Virus record (IMG/VR): IMGVR_UViG_3300024520_000058
Length of the DNA stretch: 64,000 nt
From: an uncultured virus (IMG/VR IMGVR_UViG_3300024520_000058)
Taxonomy: Duplodnaviria > Heunggongvirae > Uroviricota > Caudoviricetes
Reading direction: 5' to 3' (one strand)
Position 1 is the first letter of the stretch, and every line of letters starts with the position of its first letter. The position numbers were made by a program, and so were the translations under genes. Below the pieces are notes generated by a model. That model was not told where the DNA came from, did not search any database, and saw only the letters and a list, made by a program, of their open reading frames with translations. Below are positions 7,622 through 16,610 of the stretch, piece by piece.

Positions 7622-7962
7622 TGACAGAGAAAATTCAGGATGCACAGGCGAAGCTAGGCACACGCGCTGACGATGGTTTCCGCAGGACAGCCATCATATT
7701 GCAGCACAATGAGGGTGGTGGCGGCACAGTGAGCATAGACGTGCTTGCCCCTAACGGAGAGCCAGTTTGCCAGTTAAACATAGCATCACATCATGGCAAG
7801 GCACAATCCCTGAACAAAGTGGAATGGTGCAACGTGGACGTGTGTTATGGCAGGACAGGACGCAAGGGCAAGGCATTGGCATGGCGTGAAGGTCGAGAGG
7901 TGTTAGGATACGAGGCCGAGGGCAGTAGCCTGATAGCCGTAGAGTTGACGAAGGAAGGGTGA
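7621..7962 (+). CDS. hypothetical protein
   Basis: TAATG coupling and a GGAGG SD. Confidence 0.7.
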   Translation: MTEKIQDAQAKLGTRADDGFRRTAIILQHNEGGGGTVSIDVLAPNGEPVCQLNIASHHGKAQSLNKVEWCNVDVCYGRTGRKGKALAWREGREVLGYEAEGSSLIAVELTKEG

Positions 7963-7987
7963 TAATTGATGGCGGTATCTCAATGCA

Positions 7988-8194
7988 ATGGATGAAGATG
8001 AGCGGAACGCTTACTTCTGTCCTGAGTGCGGCCTGTTCCTGAAACGTCTCCACTATACCTATCACAGGCAGAAGGCTATTGTCATGGAGAACGACAGGGT
8101 TAGATATGACTGGCAGCCGTATCCAGTGGGTGACTATCAGTGCTGGAACTGTGACTATGAGGTAGGCACCAGCATACTATGGCATCCTGAATAG
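7988..8194 (+). CDS. Zn-ribbon protein
   Basis: YFCPECG...YQCWNCD motif. Confidence 0.6.
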   Translation: MDEDERNAYFCPECGLFLKRLHYTYHRQKAIVMENDRVRYDWQPYPVGDYQCWNCDYEVGTSILWHPE

Positions 8195-8258
8195 GGCGCA
8201 ACGTCGTGCAGTGACACCGGAAGGTTTTGCACAGGCGTTCTATCTAGCTAACAAATAA
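8166..8258 (+). pseudogene. C-terminal relic of a phage DNA cytosine methyltransferase-like gene
   Basis: Startless frame *APAYYGILNRAQRRAVTPEGFAQAFYLANK*. It resembles the RSxTPxGFAxAFFxAN C-terminus of phage Dcm-like proteins (recalled motif). Confidence 0.5.
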
Positions 8259-8278
8259 CGGGGAGTGAGGTGAATTGG

Positions 8279-8449
8279 ATGGAGAAGGTAACGAAGCACA
8301 TCCGTTCCATCGTAAATGCGATGGTGATCTGCTACAGCAATGGGAACCATATACATATCACCACGTGTAAAGCATGTGACTTCCATGATGGGAAGACCTA
8401 TTCAAAGAGAGCGATCAAGTGTACGTATCCGGTCCGGATAAAACTATAG
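8279..8449 (+). CDS. 56-aa Cys/His protein
   Basis: Manual translation MEKVTKHIRSIVNAMVICYSNGNHIHITTCKACDFHDGKTYSKRAIKCTYPVRIKL*. GAGGTGA SD. Confidence 0.6.
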   Translation: MEKVTKHIRSIVNAMVICYSNGNHIHITTCKACDFHDGKTYSKRAIKCTYPVRIKL

Positions 8450-8462
8450 GAGAGGATGAGCT

Positions 8463-8567
8463 ATGAGACTATCCATACGCTGGAATGCACTGAACGGCGC
8501 TGTCCTATGGGCAGTGATAATAGTGGCTTGCTTCATCAAAGGATGCAGCAGCCTAAACTTGGGATAG
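8463..8567 (+). CDS. 34-aa membrane peptide
   Basis: MRLSIRWNALNGAVLWAVIIVACFIKGCSSLNLG* with a GGAGAGGA SD. Confidence 0.5.
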   Translation: MRLSIRWNALNGAVLWAVIIVACFIKGCSSLNLG

Positions 8568-8582
8568 AGGGAGGTGATATTG

Positions 8583-8765
8583 ATGCGTAAGTGTCCGCGG
8601 TGTAAAGGGGATGGGTACATAGTCAAGATGAGAGGAATCTTCACGTTCTACCGTGAGTTCTGCCATTACTGCAAGGGCAAGGGCAGGATACCCAACCCAC
8701 GACACCGTAAACTTAGACCACGCTTCAGGTATTACCTAAAGCGATACCAAAGGAGGAAGCTGTAA
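8583..8765 (+). CDS. DnaJ-type Zn-finger protein
   Basis: Two CxxCxGxG motifs (CPRCKGDG, CHYCKGKG). GGAGGTGA SD. Confidence 0.7.
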   Translation: MRKCPRCKGDGYIVKMRGIFTFYREFCHYCKGKGRIPNPRHRKLRPRFRYYLKRYQRRKL

Positions 8766-9124
8766 TGTTTTTCCGAAGAGACCTGTCGTGTGTGTGTAGC
8801 GGCGAGGAGGTAGGCATATACGAGCGGACACGACCCGGTATGACGTTGCATCGCACCACACCTGCGAAGGCAGATGTTCTGGTGAATTTCCTGAACCATC
8901 ACATCCATGCTGATGCATTCATCTGTACATCATGTGGTGAGCTGATAGTAGAGCTTAACACACGCACCTGGACGTCGTTGTACCTGGAGCCCGACGGTGA
9001 TGGCAGTGAGGCACAACTCACAATAAGGGTAGGCCCCCCTGATATAGACGAATACTTATGTATGAAGTGCGGCGACACGATACTACCCGCACAACTGAAA
9101 CGGATTGGAGTGATACAGCGATGA
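8765..9124 (+). CDS. Zn-ribbon hypothetical protein
   Basis: CTSCG...CMKCG motif; TAATG coupling. Confidence 0.7.
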   Translation: MFFRRDLSCVCSGEEVGIYERTRPGMTLHRTTPAKADVLVNFLNHHIHADAFICTSCGELIVELNTRTWTSLYLEPDGDGSEAQLTIRVGPPDIDEYLCMKCGDTILPAQLKRIGVIQR

Positions 9125-9540
9125 AGAAGAAAGGCAACGACAGTCCATTGGAAGTAGGCGTCTGGCTGGGGAATACGCAGACCAACATGTTGGAAGAGAT
9201 CGTTGAGTGTGGCCCCAAGCGGATAAGACTACGCGTCTTTGGGTCAGACACTGTGACGCAGATGGATAGGGGTGAGATTGAGCGTCAGCTGGTGAGAAAT
9301 CAGATCGCAGGAGTTCCATGGGAAAGGGTGCCAATGCTCATCCTGCCACCTGATTCATCAGGATGGAAGCGCAGAGTCAAACACTACCGTGAGTCGGCTC
9401 TGGTGAGGGTCAGTCAGATAATGAAACGCTATGACCTAGACACCGTGATGCTTTTAGATTCCACGTTCCTGCCTCAGCCAGCAGTGATAGGCAAGGACAC
9501 TGAAGGTGGGACATACTCACTGCTGTTAGGGAAGGAGTGA
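9121..9540 (+). CDS. hypothetical protein; N-terminal domain paralogous to the exonuclease N-terminus
   Basis: ATGA overlap with the upstream stop. EIVECGPKRIRLRVFGSDTVTQ resembles EIVQFGPKRVRIRTFGTDKVTQ of the 13904 protein. Confidence 0.7.
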   Translation: MKKKGNDSPLEVGVWLGNTQTNMLEEIVECGPKRIRLRVFGSDTVTQMDRGEIERQLVRNQIAGVPWERVPMLILPPDSSGWKRRVKHYRESALVRVSQIMKRYDLDTVMLLDSTFLPQPAVIGKDTEGGTYSLLLGKE

Positions 9541-9554
9541 CTTGTTAGACAAAT

Positions 9555-9621
9555 AAAAAAAAGGCGTGCCCTCGCCAAGACGACACGCTAGTTAGTGCAA
9601 TAAACATGGATACAATTTATT
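9555..9621 (-). ncRNA. candidate ~65-nt antisense small RNA
   Basis: Bounded by a - strand promoter (9628-9656) and a - strand intrinsic terminator (stem 9564-9588, U8 at 9555-9562). Confidence 0.55.
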
Positions 9622-9627
9622 ACCTGG

Positions 9628-9656
9628 AGTATACCATGCTCCAGGAGAGAGGTCAA
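9628..9656 (-). promoter_or_regulatory. sigma70-type promoter, antisense to the early operon
   Basis: TTGACC-17 nt-TATACT with extended -10 TG. Confidence 0.65.
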
Positions 9657-9663
9657 CAACAAA

Positions 9664-10260
9664 ATGAATGGTAAACACAGAATTCACGTGACCTTCCACA
9701 CCAGTAGGAAAGGCAAGAACAAAATGGAGAGCATGGTGTCCATCAACACGGACACCTACAACAACCCCTTCTGCCAGCGCATGAGCCAGGTACCAGGCAG
9801 TGTATGTAGCAGTTGCTATGCTATGCGACTGTCGCAATACTATGGGAAGAAGTCAACGGCTCCCTTCGTGAGGAATGGAGAGCTGCTCAACTCCTACATG
9901 GAAGACTGGCAGATCCCCCGGCTGAACGTAGCATACTGTAGGTTTCACAGCTTCGGAGAGCTGGAGAGTGACCTTCACTTCCTCAACCTGGTCCGGATAG
10001 CGAAGGCTAATCCGGATACAACGTTCGCACTGTGGACAAAGCGTCCCAACCTGGTGACACTGGAGATAGTGCCACCGAATATGATACTGGTATACTCCAT
10101 GCTGATGTTGAATGCACCTGGTGTGATACCGAAGGGCTTTTATAAGTGCTTCTCAGTACACACTGATGATAGGGTGATGAACTGTGAAGAGAGCTGCTTC
10201 AGCTGTCTGAAGTGCTACCGTTGGGATGGAGACGTCTTCATAAAGGAGCGATTAAGGTGA
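9664..10260 (+). CDS. gp88-like phage protein (radical-SAM-related, Cys-rich)
   Basis: KME..SINT..NPFC..SVCSSCYA, RFHSFGEL, FALWTKR and CxxSCxxCxxCY motifs. Confidence 0.75.
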   Translation: MNGKHRIHVTFHTSRKGKNKMESMVSINTDTYNNPFCQRMSQVPGSVCSSCYAMRLSQYYGKKSTAPFVRNGELLNSYMEDWQIPRLNVAYCRFHSFGELESDLHFLNLVRIAKANPDTTFALWTKRPNLVTLEIVPPNMILVYSMLMLNAPGVIPKGFYKCFSVHTDDRVMNCEESCFSCLKCYRWDGDVFIKERLR

Positions 10261-10697
10261 GCAACATACTGATTAGCCTGGAGATAGACTACGAAGAGAT
10301 GCTGAAGCAACACACGTTCCTGTGCTGGCTGAAGAAACACATAGTCATGGATAAAGACCCAGACGATATGGAGGGCATCCTGAATATGTATGATGCCATG
10401 ATCGAGATCGTGTTCAAGAGCACCTGCATCTATGACAACAGTGGCAAGACAGCTGAGAGGTACATGGTCATCTTCCCTGATAACACCGTGTATATGATAA
10501 CTCATGATACAGACTCGCCAAGGGGTGTCTACGCACGCTACCACACAACTGAAGACTGCATAACGTGGACTACCCTTAAAGATGGTAGCATGACTCCAGT
10601 CGGACACGAAAAGGAGGTGAGCATAAGGGAAGTGGGCCCTGTTGTTAGACGTAGAATACGAAACATCATCCAGACGAATGGGATGGATGAAGACTAG
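10257..10697 (+). CDS. hypothetical early protein
   Basis: GTGA overlap with the upstream stop. Contains a YDNSGKTAERY motif seen in phage early proteins. Confidence 0.65.
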   Translation: MSNILISLEIDYEEMLKQHTFLCWLKKHIVMDKDPDDMEGILNMYDAMIEIVFKSTCIYDNSGKTAERYMVIFPDNTVYMITHDTDSPRGVYARYHTTEDCITWTTLKDGSMTPVGHEKEVSIREVGPVVRRRIRNIIQTNGMDED

Positions 10698-10714
10698 CAA
10701 AGGAGACAACGAAC

Positions 10715-11833
10715 ATGATATTCATGTGTGAATCAAAGGATCTGAAGAAGGCACTGACCCAGATTAAACCTGCTGTCCCGAAGATGTCATCACTCCCTGC
10801 CCTGCAACGGGTTAAGATGGTGACTTCCAAGAATGGAGTCACTATCAGGGGCACTAACCTGGAGATAGCCATCCAGGTGAAGATGCTCTGCCACGTGGAT
10901 GAGCGCGGCATTGGGTACGCTGAGCTGAAGCCTGTCCTGGACGCTCTGCCCAAGAAGAATGAGAAGGTGCTTGTGTCCTACGACAAGGATGGCCTGGTTG
11001 TGAACACGAAGACCGATGGCTTCACGGATGAGTTTGTCATCAAGGACATGAGCAAGCAATTCCCTGACTTCCCCAACGTGGCACTCACCACTGACATTGA
11101 GCTGGATGGGGCAGTGGAGAAGATACTACCCTTCGTCAGCACAGAGGAAACAAGGCATTTTCTCAATGGCTTCTATCTTCGCGGCAACGCGCACCTGAGA
11201 TTGGTGGCTACAGATGGGCGACGACTGATTGAGGTCTGCCGTAAGTGGCCTGCTGATGTGGAAGTAGGGTTCATCATTCCCACCGCAGCAGCCAAAGTCC
11301 TGGCTAAGATGGAAGACCCCATCAGGATGGGATGGCTGTCCGAACCGGTGTATCAAGGCGGTGGCGAAGAGAAGAAGGAGACGCTCACCACTGCTATGTT
11401 CAAGTCAAACGGTCTGACTCTGGCGACGCGTTTTCTTCAGGGAGAATACCCTGACTATGAATCCATCCTGAAACCTGCGTATGAGTGTTCGGATGTGCAG
11501 GTCTTCATCAACAGGGAAGAACTGCTGAAGAGCATGAAAGAGATAGGCGATGCAATCAAGCCCAAGCCAGGTGTACAATTCTCATTCCAGCATCGCTCTG
11601 TTACCATGACAGGCAAGAAGAATGGCTTGACTGTTAATCGTGAGATGGTGGTAGTGCAGGACGTTGAGGATGAGTGGTCGATTGTTTTTAACCACAAGTA
11701 CCTGGTGGATACGCTGAAGAGCATGGAGTGTGAAGAGATAGCCCTGCGGACCAAGATGGATGGACTGTCTCCGGTTGCATTCCTGGGTGATGATGATATA
11801 CAGAGTATCATGATGCCCCTCAAAGTAAAGTAA
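10715..11833 (+). CDS. dnaN: DNA polymerase III beta sliding clamp homolog
   Basis: 372 aa. GTNLE, STEETRHFLNG, LVATDGRRL, GEYPDYE, FNHKYLVD and terminal IMMPLK all match beta-clamp motifs. Confidence 0.9.
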   Translation: MIFMCESKDLKKALTQIKPAVPKMSSLPALQRVKMVTSKNGVTIRGTNLEIAIQVKMLCHVDERGIGYAELKPVLDALPKKNEKVLVSYDKDGLVVNTKTDGFTDEFVIKDMSKQFPDFPNVALTTDIELDGAVEKILPFVSTEETRHFLNGFYLRGNAHLRLVATDGRRLIEVCRKWPADVEVGFIIPTAAAKVLAKMEDPIRMGWLSEPVYQGGGEEKKETLTTAMFKSNGLTLATRFLQGEYPDYESILKPAYECSDVQVFINREELLKSMKEIGDAIKPKPGVQFSFQHRSVTMTGKKNGLTVNREMVVVQDVEDEWSIVFNHKYLVDTLKSMECEEIALRTKMDGLSPVAFLGDDDIQSIMMPLKVK

Positions 11834-11878
11834 CACAACGTAACACGTAACCTACCCATACGGGTGAAAGGTAAGACA

Positions 11879-13108
11879 ATGAAAAGAGGAATCAGTATCC
11901 AGGACCTAAGTGTGCAGCTCAAGAGCCAGGCAAATATGCAGAAGGATTTCGTATCCCCCACTCAGCGACTCTCGCTCTCCATGCGTGAGGAACTGGCACC
12001 AATAGAGACTGATAGTAGCGTACTGGACCAGCTGCTGTCCAAGATAGCTACCAATCCCAACGGTGTCCCTGTTGTAGCAGACGCTCAGCCGGTGCAAGCT
12101 ACTGCTGATGATCCAGCCATACATCTGTCTCCACACCTGGTGGTTGACGAAGTTGGTGTGCTGAAGCCCAACAAGATATTCCACGAACAGCTGGCAGCGA
12201 AGCTTCAGATCCCGAGTCAATACTACAATCGCATGTACCACAGGCAGCCAGAGCTGCTGATTGATACTGCCAACACGTGGCTCCATGAGAAAACGGTGAA
12301 GAACAACATGCAGGTACCTATGCATGGCGACCGACTGGTGAGGTCCATAGGTAATACAGCCAGGGCGTTCCTCAGCAATCGCTATCGTGTCCTGGACCAC
12401 CTGCCCCTGATGATGTCAGTGATAGGTCTCCTGGATGAGATGGATGTGGCGCCGGAGCACATAGTCTCATGCAATGTGACCGACTCGAAGCTCTACCTTA
12501 AGGTACTCACACCTAAGCTGAAGGGTGAGGTGGAGAAGGGAGACATAGTTCAGGGCGGTCTGGTGGTAACCAACAGCGAGGTGGGTAAGGGATCTGTATC
12601 AGTACAGCCACTCATCTTCCGGCTGTCGTGTCTCAATGGCGCCGTTATGCAAGATGCTGGTATGAGACAGCATCACCTGGGCAGTATCCTTAGAGACCAG
12701 GCAAGTGACGGTGCATGGCAGATGCTCACCACTGAGACGAAGCAGAAGGCTGATGATGCATTCTTCTCTTCTGTCCAGGATGTGATCAGGGGTACGTTGA
12801 ACGATGAAGTGTTCGGGCTACAGCTGGAGAAGATGAAGGCAGCCAACAAGGATGAAGTGAAGGAGTACATCCCAGCATCAGTGGAGATGCTTTCCAAGAG
12901 TTACTCCCTCAACGAGGCTGAGTCAAGCAATGTCCTGGATAACTTCATCACTGGCAATAACCATACCAGGTGGGGTATGGCTAATGCAGTGACGTTGGCC
13001 AGTCAGAAGGTTGATAGCTATGACCGAGCCAGTGAGCTGGAGCGTGTGGGTGGCAAGATACTGGAGATGCCTGCCACTACGTGGGAACAGATAGCTTCAG
13101 CGGAGTAG
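11879..13108 (+). CDS. DUF932/DUF945-family protein
   Basis: HEQLAAKLQIPSQYY, RAFLSNRY, NSEVGKGS..IFRLSCLNG and TRWGMANAVT motifs. Confidence 0.85.
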   Translation: MKRGISIQDLSVQLKSQANMQKDFVSPTQRLSLSMREELAPIETDSSVLDQLLSKIATNPNGVPVVADAQPVQATADDPAIHLSPHLVVDEVGVLKPNKIFHEQLAAKLQIPSQYYNRMYHRQPELLIDTANTWLHEKTVKNNMQVPMHGDRLVRSIGNTARAFLSNRYRVLDHLPLMMSVIGLLDEMDVAPEHIVSCNVTDSKLYLKVLTPKLKGEVEKGDIVQGGLVVTNSEVGKGSVSVQPLIFRLSCLNGAVMQDAGMRQHHLGSILRDQASDGAWQMLTTETKQKADDAFFSSVQDVIRGTLNDEVFGLQLEKMKAANKDEVKEYIPASVEMLSKSYSLNEAESSNVLDNFITGNNHTRWGMANAVTLASQKVDSYDRASELERVGGKILEMPATTWEQIASAE

Positions 13109-13119
13109 CTTGACAAGGT

Positions 13120-13152
13120 TAAACCCGGATGAGCGAGTCTCGTCCGGGTTTA
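13120..13152 (+). terminator. 14-bp hairpin after the DUF932 gene (terminator or processing site)
   Basis: TAAACCCGGATGAG-CGAGT-CTCGTCCGGGTTTA. The U-tail is weak. Confidence 0.5.
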
Positions 13153-13205
13153 CCTAGCACGTGTGAGATCGGTCAGAAGTCCTACTATAACACAACTGAA
13201 AGGAG

Positions 13206-13487
13206 TTGTCAATGTCTAAACCATTGCATGATCATGAGTTCGTTGGTACCTGTGTGAACAACCCGTTTGATGACGTCGCCACGCTGATAGAGATAGTAGA
13301 TAATAGTATTTCCATCAGCAAGCGCACGTTCCTGGAACACTGCTGTGTCCTGAAAGCCATTCAAAAGGATATGCACCAGTTCCCGAACGACTTCCATTAC
13401 TACAGAGCCCGGCTTCGTGGGCACTACGTTTACTACTTCGAGAACAGTCGGATCGAAACATTCTACATGAAGGGGGTGATGAAATGA
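13206..13487 (+). CDS. hypothetical phage protein
   Basis: AAAGGAG SD. FVGTCV...YYFENSRIETFY pattern. Confidence 0.7.
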   Translation: MSMSKPLHDHEFVGTCVNNPFDDVATLIEIVDNSISISKRTFLEHCCVLKAIQKDMHQFPNDFHYYRARLRGHYVYYFENSRIETFYMKGVMK

Positions 13488-13852
13488 AGATACGATGGGG
13501 AAAGAACAAAACTGCGACAAAGCCAGACGTAAATCCCAAACCAACACGTGTCACGGCTTGCTGTGAGGAACCTATCGCAATGCGGGAAGTAGGACAGGAG
13601 CTCTACGCTGTCTGTTCTGGCTGCAATCAGTACCTGGGACACATAGTTATCAGGCCAGTGGCTGTACTTGTTAGCCATTTCCGTGGGTTTATAACCAAGG
13701 CAGCCACCGAGCGTAGGTTAGAGACAACATTCAGTCCATTGGAACTGGATGAGATGTTCGAAAAGTACCTAGAGTACCTAACTGATTGGGCTCCAGAGGC
13801 AGCGAGGCAGGCGCTGAAAGAGTACGTGCCCTTTGAAGAGAAGCGTAAGTAA
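13484..13852 (+). CDS. hypothetical protein with Zn ribbon
   Basis: TACC...CSGC motif; ATGA coupling. Confidence 0.7.
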   Translation: MKIRWGKNKTATKPDVNPKPTRVTACCEEPIAMREVGQELYAVCSGCNQYLGHIVIRPVAVLVSHFRGFITKAATERRLETTFSPLELDEMFEKYLEYLTDWAPEAARQALKEYVPFEEKRK

Positions 13853-13903
13853 CACCCAAACCTTGACTGATATGCTATACTAAGGAAGAAGGGAGGCAAC
13901 ACA

Positions 13904-15010
13904 TTGGAAGAAAAGAGGGAAGAAAGGAAGAAACTCGAGGATTCCAGGGAAGAAACGTTGGGACCTGGTACCTGGGTGGGCACTATACACGACGACTGGC
14001 TGGGAGAGATAGTTCAGTTCGGGCCCAAGCGAGTACGGATACGTACCTTTGGGACAGACAAGGTAACCCAGACCACAAGGCATGGGCTGAAAGACTTCAT
14101 TGCCCTGCCACATGCTTCAGAAGAGTGGGGACGTCGGGCAAATTGCTATCAGGTAGATGCACTCCAGGCCATCAATGTGGCAATGGATGCAGTTCCTGGC
14201 CAGGCACTGGCAGTAGCAGAGGAAAAGGCTCCGTCATTTGAGTACCTCTCAGTGAGCAGGCTCAACCTCTACATGAAATGTCCACGTGCCTATGCGTTCC
14301 GGTACCTGGAGAATGAGAAGATAATTCCCGCAGGTGTGATGATGTTGGGATGGACTATCCATGATGCAGTGGAACACAACCTGGCTCAGAAGATAGAAAG
14401 CCATGAAGACCTGGCTGAGCAGCTTGTCCTGGATCACTTCAGCACATCGTATGATTTCGAATCCAACAAGTGCCTATGGGAAGAGAAGCTGAAGCCAGGT
14501 CCTACCAAGGACGTGGGCATAGCCATGCTGAAGCTCCATCATAGTACAGTAGCCCCCACCATCCAGCCGGTGATGGTGGAGGAAGAGTTCAACATGCTAC
14601 TGCGTAACCGTGATTGGTTCTTCAAAGGTCGCATCGACACCATGACTATTGAGCAGCTGTTGGTTGAGCTGAAGACCACCGGTCGTAAACCCAGGATCAT
14701 AAGCTTCAGCCATCGTCTCCAGATAATTGCCTACATGGTAGCCTTGCTATCTGCTGGTCAGCTTACGCATAAGACCAGGGTTGACTACCTTCTGCGTCAT
14801 AAGAACCCAGAGAAGGTGGACATCCTGCAGTTTGACTACTCACCCACACAGGGTGACATGCGGATGTTCCTGAACCTGACAACTAACGTTGCCAAAGGTA
14901 TCGAAGGAGAAGTTTTCCCGGTGAACAGGTCGCACATGCTATGTAGCCGCAAGTGGTGTGGCTATTGGGAATTGTGCGAACATGCCGAAGGCGGCACTGT
15001 TGACCTCTAA
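13904..15010 (+). CDS. PD-(D/E)XK RecB/Cas4-like exonuclease
   Basis: YLSVSRLNLYMKCPR..FRY, GWTIH, EEEF, GRID, VELKT, QIIAY and C-terminal CSRKWCGYWELC (Fe-S Cys). TTG start with GGAGG SD. Confidence 0.9.
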   Translation: MEEKREERKKLEDSREETLGPGTWVGTIHDDWLGEIVQFGPKRVRIRTFGTDKVTQTTRHGLKDFIALPHASEEWGRRANCYQVDALQAINVAMDAVPGQALAVAEEKAPSFEYLSVSRLNLYMKCPRAYAFRYLENEKIIPAGVMMLGWTIHDAVEHNLAQKIESHEDLAEQLVLDHFSTSYDFESNKCLWEEKLKPGPTKDVGIAMLKLHHSTVAPTIQPVMVEEEFNMLLRNRDWFFKGRIDTMTIEQLLVELKTTGRKPRIISFSHRLQIIAYMVALLSAGQLTHKTRVDYLLRHKNPEKVDILQFDYSPTQGDMRMFLNLTTNVAKGIEGEVFPVNRSHMLCSRKWCGYWELCEHAEGGTVDL

Positions 15011-15045
15011 CACGTGTTGACCACTAACACGAAGGAGAAAAGCTA

Positions 15046-16227
15046 ATGAAACAGAAGAACGACGAGACTATAATGCCATCTGGTATGACACTCCCAGGGC
15101 TCAATGCAGGTGCAGTAGGTGATGGCACTGCCCTTGCATTGCTGAACGATCCCAATGCTGAAGCTGAGATAGGGGTAATCAGGCAGAACGCCTGGCAAAT
15201 CGTGGGTGAAAAGGTAACTGCTGAGATAGTGGGCGCCATCGGTGGTCTGAGAACGGATGAGCTCATATACAACTATCCCAAGAGAACAAGCGGCAACCAG
15301 GGCAGAAAACACTGGAGAGCCTGCGAAGTGATGGACGGTGGTTGCCCATTCGAAGGCCAACCACACGTTCACGTTGTAGACGTAGGTGTGAAGGGTGCAA
15401 TGGCTGCGATGGCAGCCTATGGTAGCATCTCCATCACCATGCCGGACCCACCTGAGCTCATCGAGGTGGGCAGCGAAGCTACGTGGAGAGTCAAGGTCAT
15501 AGGTGTAGACAAACGACAGGGCAATGAACTGGAACACTACCAATACACCCCTGCCCTGAAGAAGTACGGCAACACAGTGGTGATGGATGAGTATGGGGCC
15601 GCCATCTGCCAATCAAAGGGACGTAGGAACATGGCTCTTATGCTCCTACCTGGCCATCTCCGGACCATGTGGGTACAGGATTACCTGAACGGGAAGGAAC
15701 CCTTTGACCCACAACGTGTGCTTGACATGCCTCCCCCAGCGTCTCAGTTACCTGAGCATAAGGAAAAGGCAAAGCCTCCCAGACAAGCTGCTTCTGGTGA
15801 TGGACAGCAGAAGAAGAAGAAGAAACAGAAGAAGCAGCCACCTGCCAGGAGTTCGAAACCAACTAGTGGCACAGGCTTCGACGACATGGTTGCCAAGATT
15901 GCTGATACCCTGGGTCTGGAGATTGACCAGGTTAAGAAGTACTCTGAGACCGTTGGCACTGCAGCAAAAGCAACAGTCCTCTTCGCACAGGCTCTGAATG
16001 AAGAAGAGAAGCTGGAGGACCTGAACGAAAAGATCAGCATCTGGCTAGAGCAGGTGGAATCTGAGAAGGAGAAAGCGGAGCCGGATAGTGAGGACGGTGG
16101 TGATGGGGAAGCTAAGGAAGGTGAGGAAGAGATCCCCATGGACCCGAAGGACGATGTGGAGAAGGCTCAGACTGATGCTCAGCCTATGGAGGGTGAGCAA
16201 GAAGCCAAGAACGACCTGGGTTTCTAA
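15046..16227 (+). CDS. putative single-strand annealing/recombination protein
   Basis: Directly follows the exonuclease. AICQSKGRRNMALMLLP helix resembles annealase motifs; acidic C-terminal tail. Function inferred from context. Confidence 0.45.
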   Translation: MKQKNDETIMPSGMTLPGLNAGAVGDGTALALLNDPNAEAEIGVIRQNAWQIVGEKVTAEIVGAIGGLRTDELIYNYPKRTSGNQGRKHWRACEVMDGGCPFEGQPHVHVVDVGVKGAMAAMAAYGSISITMPDPPELIEVGSEATWRVKVIGVDKRQGNELEHYQYTPALKKYGNTVVMDEYGAAICQSKGRRNMALMLLPGHLRTMWVQDYLNGKEPFDPQRVLDMPPPASQLPEHKEKAKPPRQAASGDGQQKKKKKQKKQPPARSSKPTSGTGFDDMVAKIADTLGLEIDQVKKYSETVGTAAKATVLFAQALNEEEKLEDLNEKISIWLEQVESEKEKAEPDSEDGGDGEAKEGEEEIPMDPKDDVEKAQTDAQPMEGEQEAKNDLGF

Positions 16228-16243
16228 CCAGGGAAGGAGTATC

Positions 16244-16555
16244 ATGAAAGATCAACTCCCAGCAGGATTCCTTTCACCAGGTGTCCGACGCTTCACGTTG
16301 ATGCTGAAGTTGCATGGATTTGATTATGAGAATCGCAACTCGCTACAGTCAGTCACCGCTGAACGGGCGGCAAAACTGTCAATGGCTATAGCACATCAAG
16401 AACGTTTGATTGATGGTCTACCCATGCTATTCTCAACCAGGCTACACCAGCGTAAGTACCGAAAGAAGTACGACTGGATGAATGCCAAGTACCGGCATCG
16501 GCTGAGGGTACTGAACCTGCTGATGAAGAGCTACGATGAGTTGATTAGCAACTAA
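16244..16555 (+). CDS. hypothetical basic protein
   Basis: AAGGAG SD before ATG 16244. Last + strand gene. Confidence 0.65.
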   Translation: MKDQLPAGFLSPGVRRFTLMLKLHGFDYENRNSLQSVTAERAAKLSMAIAHQERLIDGLPMLFSTRLHQRKYRKKYDWMNAKYRHRLRVLNLLMKSYDELISN

Positions 16556-16610
16556 CAACAGGCAACCTGGCGGTATTCTACCGAACTGAAGGGCCCTTCA
16601 ACCTCTAAGT

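Noticed and set aside
8194..8240. SRP (4.5S) RNA-like hairpin with CCGGAAGG
   Set aside because: Lacks the CAGG/AGCA internal loop of SRP domain IV. The stretch is better explained as a methyltransferase gene relic.
9305..9335. Diversity-generating retroelement TR/VR pair
   Set aside because: The match is only 31 bp with no adenine-specific mismatches, and no reverse transcriptase is in the window.
13904..15010. Cas4 of a CRISPR adaptation module
   Set aside because: No cas1, cas2 or array nearby. The context beside a putative annealase fits a recombination exonuclease.
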